Shown here piece by piece: positions 26,605 to 36,263 of a DNA stretch of 64,000 nt (position 1 is its first letter; the number at the start of each line of letters is the position of its first letter). Below the pieces are notes generated by a model. The model made no database searches and was not told the DNA's origin. It worked only from the letters and a program-made list of their open reading frames with translations. The position numbers were made by a program, and so were the translations under genes. Location: positions 530 to 64,529 of the forward strand of contig DASYSE010000121.1 in NCBI GenBank assembly GCA_036003705.1, in the 5' to 3' direction. The DNA is from Actinomycetes bacterium. GTDB lineage: Bacteria; Actinomycetota; CALGFH01.

Positions 26605-26760
26605 CCGCGGGACGGCGACCGCCTGGCCGGGCTCATCGGACGGTGAACACCCGGCCGGGGCCGGGCGGAGGGTCCAGGTCGAGGCCGAGGCGGCCGAGCA
26701 GGGTGACGATCGAGCCGCCGGGGTCGCGGACCTGGAACAGCAGCACCTGGTCCTCCCCCG

Positions 26761-27660
26761 TCAGCCCTTGACCGCGCCCATGGTGAAGCCGCTGATGAAG
26801 CGGTCGAGGAACAGGTTGAACACCAGAGCGATCGGGACCGCGACCAGGATCGCCGCGGCCTGCAGGGACTGCCAGAAGAAGACGTCGCCGCGGATCAGCT
26901 CGGTCGGCACGCCGGTGCTGACGACCTTCTCGGTGGTGGGCGAGATGAAGGCCAAGGCGTAGATGAACTCGCTGGCCGTGAGCGTGAACGCGAACACCAC
27001 CACCGCGACGATCCCGGGGAAGGCCAGCGGCAGCACCACCCGCAGGAAGGCGGCCAGGCGGCTGTAGCCGTCGACCATGGCCTGCTCCTCCACGTCCTTG
27101 GGGATCGCCTTGAGGAAGCCGATCAGCAGCCACACCGACACGGGGATGGTGATGGTCGGGTAGACCAGGACCAGCGACCAGGTGGAGTCCTGCAGGTTGA
27201 AGGCCACCACCAGGCGCGAGAGGGACAGGAACAGCAGGCTCGGCGGCACCAGGTAGACGAAGAAGATGGCGATGGCCATCGGCCCCGACCAGGGGCGGTC
27301 CAGCCGGGCCAAGGAGTAGGCGGCCGGCAGGCCGAGCAGCAGCGTGATGGCCACCACCAGCAGGCCGACCCACAGGGTGTTCCACACGAAGGTCAGGAAG
27401 GCGGTGTCGCGCAGCAGGTACAGGACGTGGTCGGGGGTGGCGGCCAGGTTGAAGAAGAACGGGTTGTTCTCGGGGTTGTAGAGGTCGCGGTTCTGCTTGA
27501 ACGCGGTGACCAGGCCCCACAGGAACGGGGCCGCGCACACGAAGGCGGACAGCAGCGCCGCCAGGTACAGGCCGACGCGGGCCAGGGTGTGGCGGCGGCC
27601 GTACCGTCGCCGCATCCGCTCGGTCTGGGCCGGGCTGGCGGTGTCGACGGTGACGGCCAC
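26761..27660 (-). CDS. carbohydrate-type ABC transporter permease (MalG-like)
   Basis: Track ORF of 299 aa with multiple TM spans. EAA-like region VDGYSRLAAFLRVVLPLAFPG. Confidence 0.85.
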   Translation of the reverse strand: MAVTVDTASPAQTERMRRRYGRRHTLARVGLYLAALLSAFVCAAPFLWGLVTAFKQNRDLYNPENNPFFFNLAATPDHVLYLLRDTAFLTFVWNTLWVGLLVVAITLLLGLPAAYSLARLDRPWSGPMAIAIFFVYLVPPSLLFLSLSRLVVAFNLQDSTWSLVLVYPTITIPVSVWLLIGFLKAIPKDVEEQAMVDGYSRLAAFLRVVLPLAFPGIVAVVVFAFTLTASEFIYALAFISPTTEKVVSTGVPTELIRGDVFFWQSLQAAAILVAVPIALVFNLFLDRFISGFTMGAVKG

Positions 27661-28599
27661 CTACAGCATCTCCAGGCGGCGGACGGCGCGGAGGATGGCG
27701 ATGGCCGCGGCCAGCAGCAGCGGGAACAGGAACAGCGCCACCGCGGCCCCCTGGGCGATGTCGCCGCCCTCGATCCCGCGGATGAACGCCCAGCTGGCCA
27801 GCACCTGGGTGGAGTGGGTGGGGCCGCCGCGGGTGAGGACATACACCACCGTCATGTCGGTGAAGGTGAGGATCGCGCCGAACAGGGCCGCGACCGCCAC
27901 CACGGGCAGGGTCAGCGGGATGGTCACCTCCAGCATGCGCCGCCAGAAGCCGGCGCCGTCGACCCGGGCCGCCTCGTCGATGTCCTTGGGGATGGCGACC
28001 AGCCCGGCCATGATGATGACCGCGGACAGCGGGGTGAGCCGCCAGACGTGGACGGCGATCACCGAGGCCATCGCCAGGTAGGGCCGGCCGAGCCAGTACA
28101 CGTTGTCCTGGATGAGCCCCAGGTTGCGCAGCACCCAGTCGATCGGGCTGTAGACCGAGTCGAGCATCCACAGCCAGGCGACCGCCGACAGGGCGACCGG
28201 GGTCGTCCAGGGCAGCAGCACCAGGAACCGGACCAGCCACTTGCCGCGGAAGTCGGCCACCAGGATGTTGGCCAGGACCTTGCCGAGCACCACGATCAGG
28301 GCCATCGAGACCGCGGTGAACACGAAGGTGTTGCGCAGCGAACGCCAGAACACCGGGTCGTCGAGGGCGCGCTGGAAGGTGCGCAGCCCCACCCAGTGGA
28401 AGGTGGGGTCGCCGGCGGTGACGTCGCTGAAGCTGAACCCGATGGCCAGGAAGAACGGGACCGCGACCAGCGCGATCACATACACGATGGACGGGAACAG
28501 GAACCAGACGGCGAGCAGGCTGTCATTGTCGGCGAAGCGGCGGCGGGCCGGCCGCGCGCCGTCCTGGGTGGTGGTGGGCCGGGTCGTGGCTGCGTCCAT
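27661..28599 (-). CDS. carbohydrate-type ABC transporter permease (MalF-like)
   Basis: ATG 28599 (MDAATTRPTT..). TM spans. EAA-like ARVDGAGFWRRMLEVTIPL. Confidence 0.85.
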   Translation of the reverse strand: MDAATTRPTTTQDGARPARRRFADNDSLLAVWFLFPSIVYVIALVAVPFFLAIGFSFSDVTAGDPTFHWVGLRTFQRALDDPVFWRSLRNTFVFTAVSMALIVVLGKVLANILVADFRGKWLVRFLVLLPWTTPVALSAVAWLWMLDSVYSPIDWVLRNLGLIQDNVYWLGRPYLAMASVIAVHVWRLTPLSAVIIMAGLVAIPKDIDEAARVDGAGFWRRMLEVTIPLTLPVVAVAALFGAILTFTDMTVVYVLTRGGPTHSTQVLASWAFIRGIEGGDIAQGAAVALFLFPLLLAAAIAILRAVRRLEML

Positions 28600-28603
28600 G
28601 GCC

Positions 28604-29647
<1,044 letters not shown>

Positions 29648-29656
29648 GACCGGCTC

Positions 29657-31110
29657 CTAGGTGCCGCCGACCAGGCCGCGGGCGCGCCACTTCTCGAAGA
29701 TCGGCTTGATCTGGGCGTCGGCCTGGGTGACCGCCTGCTTCGGGTTGAGCTCCCCGCGGGCCGCCTTGGCGAACATGGTGGGGATCACAAAGGTCCCGAA
29801 CACCTCGCCGATGGCGGTGTTGGACGGACCCGGGTAGCCGATGTTGGTGCTCCAGTCGGTCGCGTCCTTGAGGAACGCCAGCTTGTCGGCCGGCTTGGCG
29901 CCGAAGGGGTCGCTGTCCAGCCAGCCGTCCAACTGCGGCACCCGCTCCGACCAGGCCGGGAAGTCGTACAGCTTGGAGTGCCAGGTGGCCGAGGAGAAGT
30001 TCTCGGTGTAGTAGAGCAGGAACTCCTTGGCGGCGTCGACGTTGCTCGCGTGCTTGGGGACGATCCAGTTGTAGAGGACGTGCTGGGCGGCACGGGCGTC
30101 GGCCGGGCCGCGCAGGGCCGGGACGAAGTGGATGTCGTCGGCGACCTCAGGGCTGGCCGTCTGGGCGGTGCGCCAGGCCGAGATGGAGTTGAGGATGTAG
30201 GAGAGCTTGCCGGCGATCAGGCCCTGGTTGTTGGAGGCCGGGTTCCAGGAGAAGACCTCGTTGGTCATCGCCTGCTTGAACAGCTTGGTCATGAACTCGA
30301 CGGCGGCCACGGTCTGGTCGGAGTTGATCACCACCCGCTCGTTCTCGTCCTAGACCGACGCCCCGTAGGACCACATCAGGGCCCGCCCGGCCATGTTGGA
30401 GTCGATCTCCTGGGACATGCCGATGCCGAGCTGGGTGCCCTTGCTCTGCTTGATCTCGGCTCCGCCCTTCAGCAGCTCGTCCCAGGTCGTCGGTCCGTTG
30501 GGCAGCCCGACACCCTCCCACAGCGACCTGCCCACAGCGACCTGCGGAAGTCGCCCGGGTCCGGCACCCAGCCGGGCGAGAAGGCGTAGAAGCGGCCGGT
30601 GGCCGGGTTGAAGCTGGACTGCTTGCACAGCTCCAGCTGCTGTCCCCAGCGCTTGCTGGCCTCGTCGGTGATGTCCTTGAGGTCGTTGACGCTCGGCTCG
30701 AACTGGGAGAGGGGCGCGATGTACTGGATGACGTCGTGGCCCTGGCCGGCCTGGATCTCGGCCGCGATGCGGGTCGGGATCTGGGTGTTGTCGATGTGGT
30801 CCACGGTCACGTTGACCCCGACCTGCTTGCCCCACGCCTGCGCGAATGGTCGGAACCACTGGTCGTGGCTGGGCACGAAGTGGCTCCAGAGCAGGATCTT
30901 GAGGTCGCCGGAGAGCTTGGAACGCGGCTCGGTGAAAACGGTGGTCGGGGCCTGCCCGGTCGCCTCCTCTCCGGCGCCGGGGCCACCGCCGCCCGGTTCG
31001 CTGGTGCAGGCGGCGATGGCCGCGCCAAGGCCCGCGACCCCCACCGTCCGCAGGAACTGGCGCCGGTCGGGTGTCCACATCGGCGTGGAACGGGAACCGC
31101 TGCCGGTCAT
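29657..31110 (-). pseudogene. ABC transporter substrate-binding lipoprotein, inactivated (14-bp duplication plus in-frame TAG)
   Basis: ATG 31110 after AGGGAGG. Tat/lipobox-like DRRQFLRTVGVAGLGAAIAAC. The frame breaks at the 30517-30544 duplication. In-frame TAG at 30350-30352. Three track ORFs (30469.., 30350.., 29657..) join into one protein. Confidence 0.8.
30517..30544. repeat. perfect 14-bp tandem duplication CCCACAGCGACCTG x2
   Basis: Read directly at 30517-30530 and 30531-30544. Removing one copy restores ..DFRRSLWEGVGLPNGPTTWDELLK... Confidence 0.9.
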
Positions 31111-31186
31111 GGCCCGAGCCTCCCTTGGAACGCCGCTGGGGCGGCGCGCACGTGACCGCATGTCCAGAGGGCGTTTACCCCCCTTG

Positions 31187-31300
31187 GGCGCGCCCCCAAA
31201 CCGTCGGAGCGAACCGTCACCCACGCACGCCCGGTCCGGCGGCGGCGCGCCCCCAACCCGTCGGAGCGAACCGTCTCCCAGGCACGCCCGGGCGGGCGGC
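31187..31300. repeat. 57-bp tandem repeat x2 in an intergenic region
   Basis: GGCGCGCCCCCAAMCCGTCGGAGCGAACCGTC... at 31187-31243 and 31244-31300. Starts 2 nt from the stop of the 31303 gene. Confidence 0.9.
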
Positions 31301-31302
31301 GG

Positions 31303-32376
31303 CTACGCCCCTGGCGGGTCATCCCAGGTGCCGGCCGGGATGGCGGGCGGCAGCACCAGCACGCTCAGGCCGAGGCCGCTCAGCATGGCCATGCCGAGCA
31401 CGCCCGCCCACAGCTCTGGAGGCCAGGCGACCCCGTAGGCGAGCGCGTAGGCGGCCAGCCAGGCACCCCACAGCAGCAGCGGGGCCACGATGGCGGCCGC
31501 CCGGAACGCGCCCGGTCGGTCGGGCCGCGGCCGCAGCCGGGCGACCAGCAGGTCGGTGGCCAGACCGCCGGCCAGCATGGCCGGTACCAGCGCCCCCAGG
31601 GTGAGCTCGCGCAGCGCCGTGACCGACAGCGCACCGGTGGTGGCGACCAGGGTCACGGTCCCGAACGGCAGCCGCCAGCGGCGTGCCAGCAGCAGCAGCG
31701 GGCCGAGCAGGATGAGGTTGGTGACCAGCACGCTCGCCACCCCGGCGATGGTGGTGAGCAGCCCGGCCGGCCCGGCGGCCTCGGCGGTGGCCGGCGCCCG
31801 GCTGACGAACGCCGACAGGTACTGGAAGAAGAACAGCACCACCGCGGTGATCAGGGCGGTCGCCCACAGGGCCGGCAGCAGCGCGACCGGCGACGAGTGG
31901 GCCGGCAGGTCGGGCGACGACCAGGCCGAGCGGACCGGGCTGGTCAGCATGAGCAGGCCGCCGGCGAGCAGCAGCAGGTGGGAGGGGCTGAGCAGCGCCG
32001 CCACCCCGACCTCGACGCCGAACAGGGTGTGCCAGGTCGCGTCCGCCACCCCGCCGGCCACGAACAGGCCGACGCCGACCAGCCCAAGCCCGTAGCCGGC
32101 CGGTACCCGGCCCGGGTCGAGGCGGCCATGCTGGTGGCGGGCGACCAGCCGGGCCATGACCACCGTCGCCACCATGAAGCCCGAGTAGAACACCCCGTGC
32201 CAGGGGCTGAAGAACGTCTCCAGCCCGGGCTGGTTGACGTGCGCCCAGCCGTCGAGGAACAGGCCGCCGACCACCCACGTCCCGAGCAGGGCCGCGGCCA
32301 GGTCGTCGCCCCATCGGGCCCGCGGTCGGGCCGGGGCGGCCGACCCCGTGGTCGCGGTCGTCCTGGAGCTCGCCAT
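31303..32376 (-). CDS. polytopic integral membrane protein, function unknown
   Basis: Track ORF of 357 aa with many hydrophobic spans (LLGTWVVGGLFLDGWAH.., LLLLAGGLLMLT..). High GC3. Confidence 0.7.
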   Translation of the reverse strand: MASSRTTATTGSAAPARPRARWGDDLAAALLGTWVVGGLFLDGWAHVNQPGLETFFSPWHGVFYSGFMVATVVMARLVARHQHGRLDPGRVPAGYGLGLVGVGLFVAGGVADATWHTLFGVEVGVAALLSPSHLLLLAGGLLMLTSPVRSAWSSPDLPAHSSPVALLPALWATALITAVVLFFFQYLSAFVSRAPATAEAAGPAGLLTTIAGVASVLVTNLILLGPLLLLARRWRLPFGTVTLVATTGALSVTALRELTLGALVPAMLAGGLATDLLVARLRPRPDRPGAFRAAAIVAPLLLWGAWLAAYALAYGVAWPPELWAGVLGMAMLSGLGLSVLVLPPAIPAGTWDDPPGA

Positions 32377-32501
32377 TGGCCGCCTCCTGCCGCTCCGGGC
32401 TCAGTCACTGCATGATGCTCGCTGGCGCCCATCGGTCAACCCTGCCGAGCGCGCGCATGCCACCATTCCGTTGAAGCCGGCGCCGACCGCAGGAGGATGC
32501 G

Positions 32502-34166
32502 ATGGGACCACCGATCCTGTTCCTGGTCAACGACGACGGCCGCGTGCTCGAAGCGCTGGACGGCGACCTGGCCAGGCGGTTCGGGGCCGACCACCGCATC
32601 CTCGGCCAGACCTCGCCGGGGGCGGCGCTGGCGACCCTGAGGCAGCTGGCCGACCGGTCGGAGGAGGTCGCCCTGCTGGTCGCGGCCCAGCGGATGGACG
32701 AGATGGCCGGGGTCGAGTTCCTGCTGCGCGCCCACGAGCTGCACCCGACGGCCAAGCGGGTCCTGCTGGTCGGCCGGCGCGCGTGGACCTCGACCAACCC
32801 GGCGGTGCGGGCGATGACCCTCGGGCAGATCGACACCTACCTGTTCGAGCCGTGGCTTCCCGCCGCGCGCTGGCTGTACCTGCCGATCAGCCAGGTCCTG
32901 GCCGACTGGATCCCGGCGCACGGCCCGTCGTTCGAGGGGATCCGCATCGTCGGGCCACGCCTGGGGACGCGCTCCCACGACCTGCGCGACCTGCTCACCC
33001 GCATGGGGATCCCCCACGGCTGGTACCAGGCCGGCTCGGCGGCGGGCCGGCGGCTGCTGGAGGAGGCCGGCCAGGACGGGTCGCGCCTGCCGGTGATGGT
33101 GTTCCACAGCGGGCAGGTGTTCGTCGACCCCTCCAACGCCGAGCTCCTCGAGGCGCTCGGGTTCGGGACCCGGCCGGCGGCCGGGTCCTACGACCTGGTC
33201 ATCATCGGTGCCGGACCGGCCGGCCTGGCCGCGGCCGTGTACGCCGCCTCCGAGGGGCTGGAGACGCTGGTGGTCGAGCCGCAGGTGGTCGGCGGCCAGG
33301 CCGGCACCAGCGCCATGATCCGCAACTATCTCGGCTTCCCCGGCGGCATCGGCGGCGGCGACCTGGCCAACCGGGCGCTGGAGCAGGCGTGGCTGTTCGG
33401 GGCCAACATCGTGCTTGCCCAGCAGGCGACCAGCCTGCGCCCCAGCGGGGCGGGCCAGGTGGTTCACCTTTCGGACGGGAGCGCGATCACCGCCCGCGCG
33501 GTGGTGGTGGCCAGCGGGGTGGCGTGGCGGCGCCTCGGTGTCCCCCGGCTGGAGTCGCTGGTCGGCGCGGGCGTGTTCTACGGCGCGGCCGGTGCCGAGG
33601 CCAGGGCCCTGGAGGGCCAGCACGTCTTCGTCGTGGGCGCCGGGAACTCGGCCGGGCAGGCCGCCGTCCATCTGGCCAAGCACGCCGCCTCGGTGACGGT
33701 CCTGGTCCGTGGGGCCGCCCTGGGCCGGACGATGTCGGAGTACCTGGTCCGGGAGATCGAGGAGGCGCCGAACATCGCGGTGCGGCTGCGCACCCAGGTG
33801 GTGGACGGGCTTGGTCGGAGCCGGCTGGAGGGCCTGACCCTGCGGAACCGGGACAGCGGCGCGACCCAGCAGGTCGCCGCCGCGGCCCTGTTCGTGATGA
33901 TCGGCGGGGAGCCGCGCACCGGCTGGCTCACCGGCGTCGAGCGCGACGACCGGGGGTACATCCTGACCGGCCACGACCTGCTGGGTTCCGGGCGCCTGCC
34001 GTCTGGATGGCCGCATGTGCGCCCGCCTCTGCTGCTGGAGACCAGCATCCCCGGCGTCTTCGCCGCCGGCGACGTGCGCTACCGCTCGGTCAAGCGGGTC
34101 GCCTCGGCCGTCGGCGAGGGCGCGGTGGCCGTCCAGCTCGTCCACCAGTACCTCAATGGGCACTGA
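32502..34166 (+). CDS. fusion of a receiver-like domain and a thioredoxin-reductase-like FAD/NAD(P) oxidoreductase, cysteine-free
   Basis: Track ORF of 554 aa. N-terminal ILFLVNDD..; DLVIIGAGPAGLAAAVYA and VFVVGAGNSAGQAA dinucleotide motifs; GVFAAGDV. No Cys anywhere in the product. Confidence 0.8.
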   Translation: MGPPILFLVNDDGRVLEALDGDLARRFGADHRILGQTSPGAALATLRQLADRSEEVALLVAAQRMDEMAGVEFLLRAHELHPTAKRVLLVGRRAWTSTNPAVRAMTLGQIDTYLFEPWLPAARWLYLPISQVLADWIPAHGPSFEGIRIVGPRLGTRSHDLRDLLTRMGIPHGWYQAGSAAGRRLLEEAGQDGSRLPVMVFHSGQVFVDPSNAELLEALGFGTRPAAGSYDLVIIGAGPAGLAAAVYAASEGLETLVVEPQVVGGQAGTSAMIRNYLGFPGGIGGGDLANRALEQAWLFGANIVLAQQATSLRPSGAGQVVHLSDGSAITARAVVVASGVAWRRLGVPRLESLVGAGVFYGAAGAEARALEGQHVFVVGAGNSAGQAAVHLAKHAASVTVLVRGAALGRTMSEYLVREIEEAPNIAVRLRTQVVDGLGRSRLEGLTLRNRDSGATQQVAAAALFVMIGGEPRTGWLTGVERDDRGYILTGHDLLGSGRLPSGWPHVRPPLLLETSIPGVFAAGDVRYRSVKRVASAVGEGAVAVQLVHQYLNGH

Positions 34167-34300
34167 TGGGCCCCTGAGCGCTCGAGCACCAGGCAGACTG
34201 GACCACCCGGGAGCCTTCGCCTCCGTCCCGGGCCGGGTCGGATGCCGCGCCGGTAGGATTGCCGGGTCGAGGTGGGAGATCGTCGGGAGGCGAGGGTCGC

Positions 34301-34768
34301 GTGCCGAAGCGGAGCGCGGGCATCCTGCTGTACCGCCGCCGGAACGGTGCGGTGGAGGTGCTGCTGGTGCACCCCGGTGGGCCGTTGTGGGCGAGCAAGG
34401 ATCTCGGTGCCTGGTCCATCCCGAAGGGTGAGTACGGGCAGGGCGAGGATCCGCTGGCGGTCGCCCTTCGGGAGTTCGCGGAGGAGACGGGCCAGCGCCC
34501 CCCGCAGGCTGACCTGGTGGAGCTCGGCGAGGTCCGTCAGCGCGGCGGGAAGGTCGTCGCCGCGTGGGCGGCCCCCGGCGATCTCGACCCCGCCGCGATC
34601 ACCAGCAACACCTTCACATTGGAGTGGCCGCCGCGCTCCGGCAGCCGGCGGGAGTTCCCAGAGGTCGACCGGGCCGGCTGGTTCGGCGCCGAGGAGGCCA
34701 GGGACAAGCTGCCGGCCGCGCAGGCCGAGCTGATCGACCGGCTCCTCGGGGTGCTCGCCGAGCCGTGA
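34301..34768 (+). CDS. NUDIX hydrolase
   Basis: GTG 34301 after GGGAGG. Nudix box GEYGQGEDPLAVALREFAEETG. Confidence 0.8.
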   Translation: MPKRSAGILLYRRRNGAVEVLLVHPGGPLWASKDLGAWSIPKGEYGQGEDPLAVALREFAEETGQRPPQADLVELGEVRQRGGKVVAAWAAPGDLDPAAITSNTFTLEWPPRSGSRREFPEVDRAGWFGAEEARDKLPAAQAELIDRLLGVLAEP

Positions 34769-34884
34769 AACGGCGCGCCAGCGCCACCGCCGGCGCCAGG
34801 AGAACCCTCGCATCCCGGCGATGCGGCATGATGGCGGGCACCGGCCCGAGCAGGGCCGGGCCGGCACGGCGGCGGGAGGGACCC

Positions 34885-35325
34885 ATGGACGAGGTGACGG
34901 TCGGGATCACGGCCCTGGAGCGCACCCCGCTGTTCGCGGGACTCGGCCGCGAGCAGCTCGAGCACGTCCTGCGGGTCGGGCATCGGGTGTCGTTCGAGGC
35001 CGGCCGGGCGATCGTGGAGCGGGGCGACGTGGGCGACGCCATGTACATCGTCCTGGCCGGCGCCGCCGAGGTGGACGTGGGTGGCCGGTTCCACCGGCTG
35101 GAGCGGGGCGACTTCTTCGGCGAGATGGCCGTCCTCGCCGGCAAGCGCCGCGAGGCCACGGTCAAGGCCGTCGAACAGGTCGAGGCGCTGCGGATCCCCG
35201 CCGACGACTTCCAGGTGTTCCTGCGCCACAACCCACAGGTCGCCGTCGGGATGCTGACGAGCCTGGTCGAGCGCCTCCGGGAGGTGCAGGACCGCCTCGA
35301 CACCTGGATCGGCGGCGTCTGGTAG
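34885..35325 (+). CDS. stand-alone cyclic nucleotide-binding domain protein
   Basis: ATG 34885 after GGGAGGG. FGEMAVLAGKRREATVKA cNMP-binding signature. 146 aa. Confidence 0.85.
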   Translation: MDEVTVGITALERTPLFAGLGREQLEHVLRVGHRVSFEAGRAIVERGDVGDAMYIVLAGAAEVDVGGRFHRLERGDFFGEMAVLAGKRREATVKAVEQVEALRIPADDFQVFLRHNPQVAVGMLTSLVERLREVQDRLDTWIGGVW

Positions 35326-35374
35326 TCCGGGTTCACCTGGCGTCGGCGCAGCAGCCGACACCCGCAACTCCGCC

Positions 35375-36263
35375 TCAGCGCTCCGGGACCAGGCGCCGGA
35401 GCAGCGGTTCGGCCGCTCGGATGACCAGGTCGCGGTCGTGGGTGATGACGAAGTCGAGGCGGCGCTGTGCGTCCGGCCCGCCGTCGCCGCAGTCCTTGGC
35501 GACCAGGGCGGCGGCGAAATGGGGCCCGATCACGACCAGGTCCCACTCGCCGCGGAGCGGATCGTCGGGTGCGAGGTCGGCGCCGCGGACCCCGGGCCAC
35601 CGGGGTGACCGGCATGCCGTGGCCGAGCGCGCCGGTGAACGCCGCCCTGGTGGCGAGGAACTCGAACCGGCTCCGGGTGGCCGGCGTGAAGTGGCCGGCC
35701 TCCTGGAAGCAGGCCAGCAGGACGTTGGGCTCGGCGGCGTCCAGGCCCTGGTGCTCCAGGTGCATGCTCATCTCCAACAGCAGCTCCTTGGTGGCCCGCC
35801 GCGGCTCCCGAGCCGCCGCGACCACCTCCCACGGCGTGGAGCCCTCCGCGGCGACCGGGTTCCTGAGCAGGGCAATCGTGCCACCGGGCGATGGCATGGG
35901 AGACGGCAGCGGCCCCGGGTGGCCGAACAGAAACCCCTGGCCAATGGTGGCGCCGGCGGCAACGGCCTCGCGGGCGTGCTTGATGGTCTCGATGCCCTCG
36001 GCGATGACGGCGGCGTCGGTCCGCTCGGCCTGGGCCCGCACCGCGTTGATGATGTGGGCCGCCTCGGCGGTGGTGCGCCCCTGGAGCAGCCGCAGATCCA
36101 GCTTGATCAGGTCGGGCCGCACGAACGGCAGCACGGCCAGGCTGGCCGGCGCGGCGCCGACGTCGTCGAGCGCGACCCCCCAGCCGGCCTGACGGGCCCG
36201 GGCGACGGTGGCCAGGAGCCGGGCCGGGTCACCGCCCTGCTCGCCCCGGCCGGCTGACCTCCT
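35375..36263 (-). pseudogene. EAL-domain phosphodiesterase relic (5'-truncated and frameshifted)
   Basis: Begins mid-domain immediately after the upstream stop codon (..GVALDDVGAAPASLAVLPFVRPDLIKLD..AEGIET..QGFLFG). No EAL motif and no plausible start. The frame changes near 35590-35600, and the C-terminal part (..GEWDLVVIGPHFAAALVAKD..) ends at 35375. Confidence 0.65.

Noticed and set aside
26633-26760. The tail of a minus-strand frame reads ..EDQVLLFQVRDPGGSIVTLL.., like the C-terminal strand of a VOC/glyoxalase protein.
   Set aside because: Only about 20 residues are suggestive, there is no start, and the segment lies between convergent gene ends. The evidence is too weak for a relic call.
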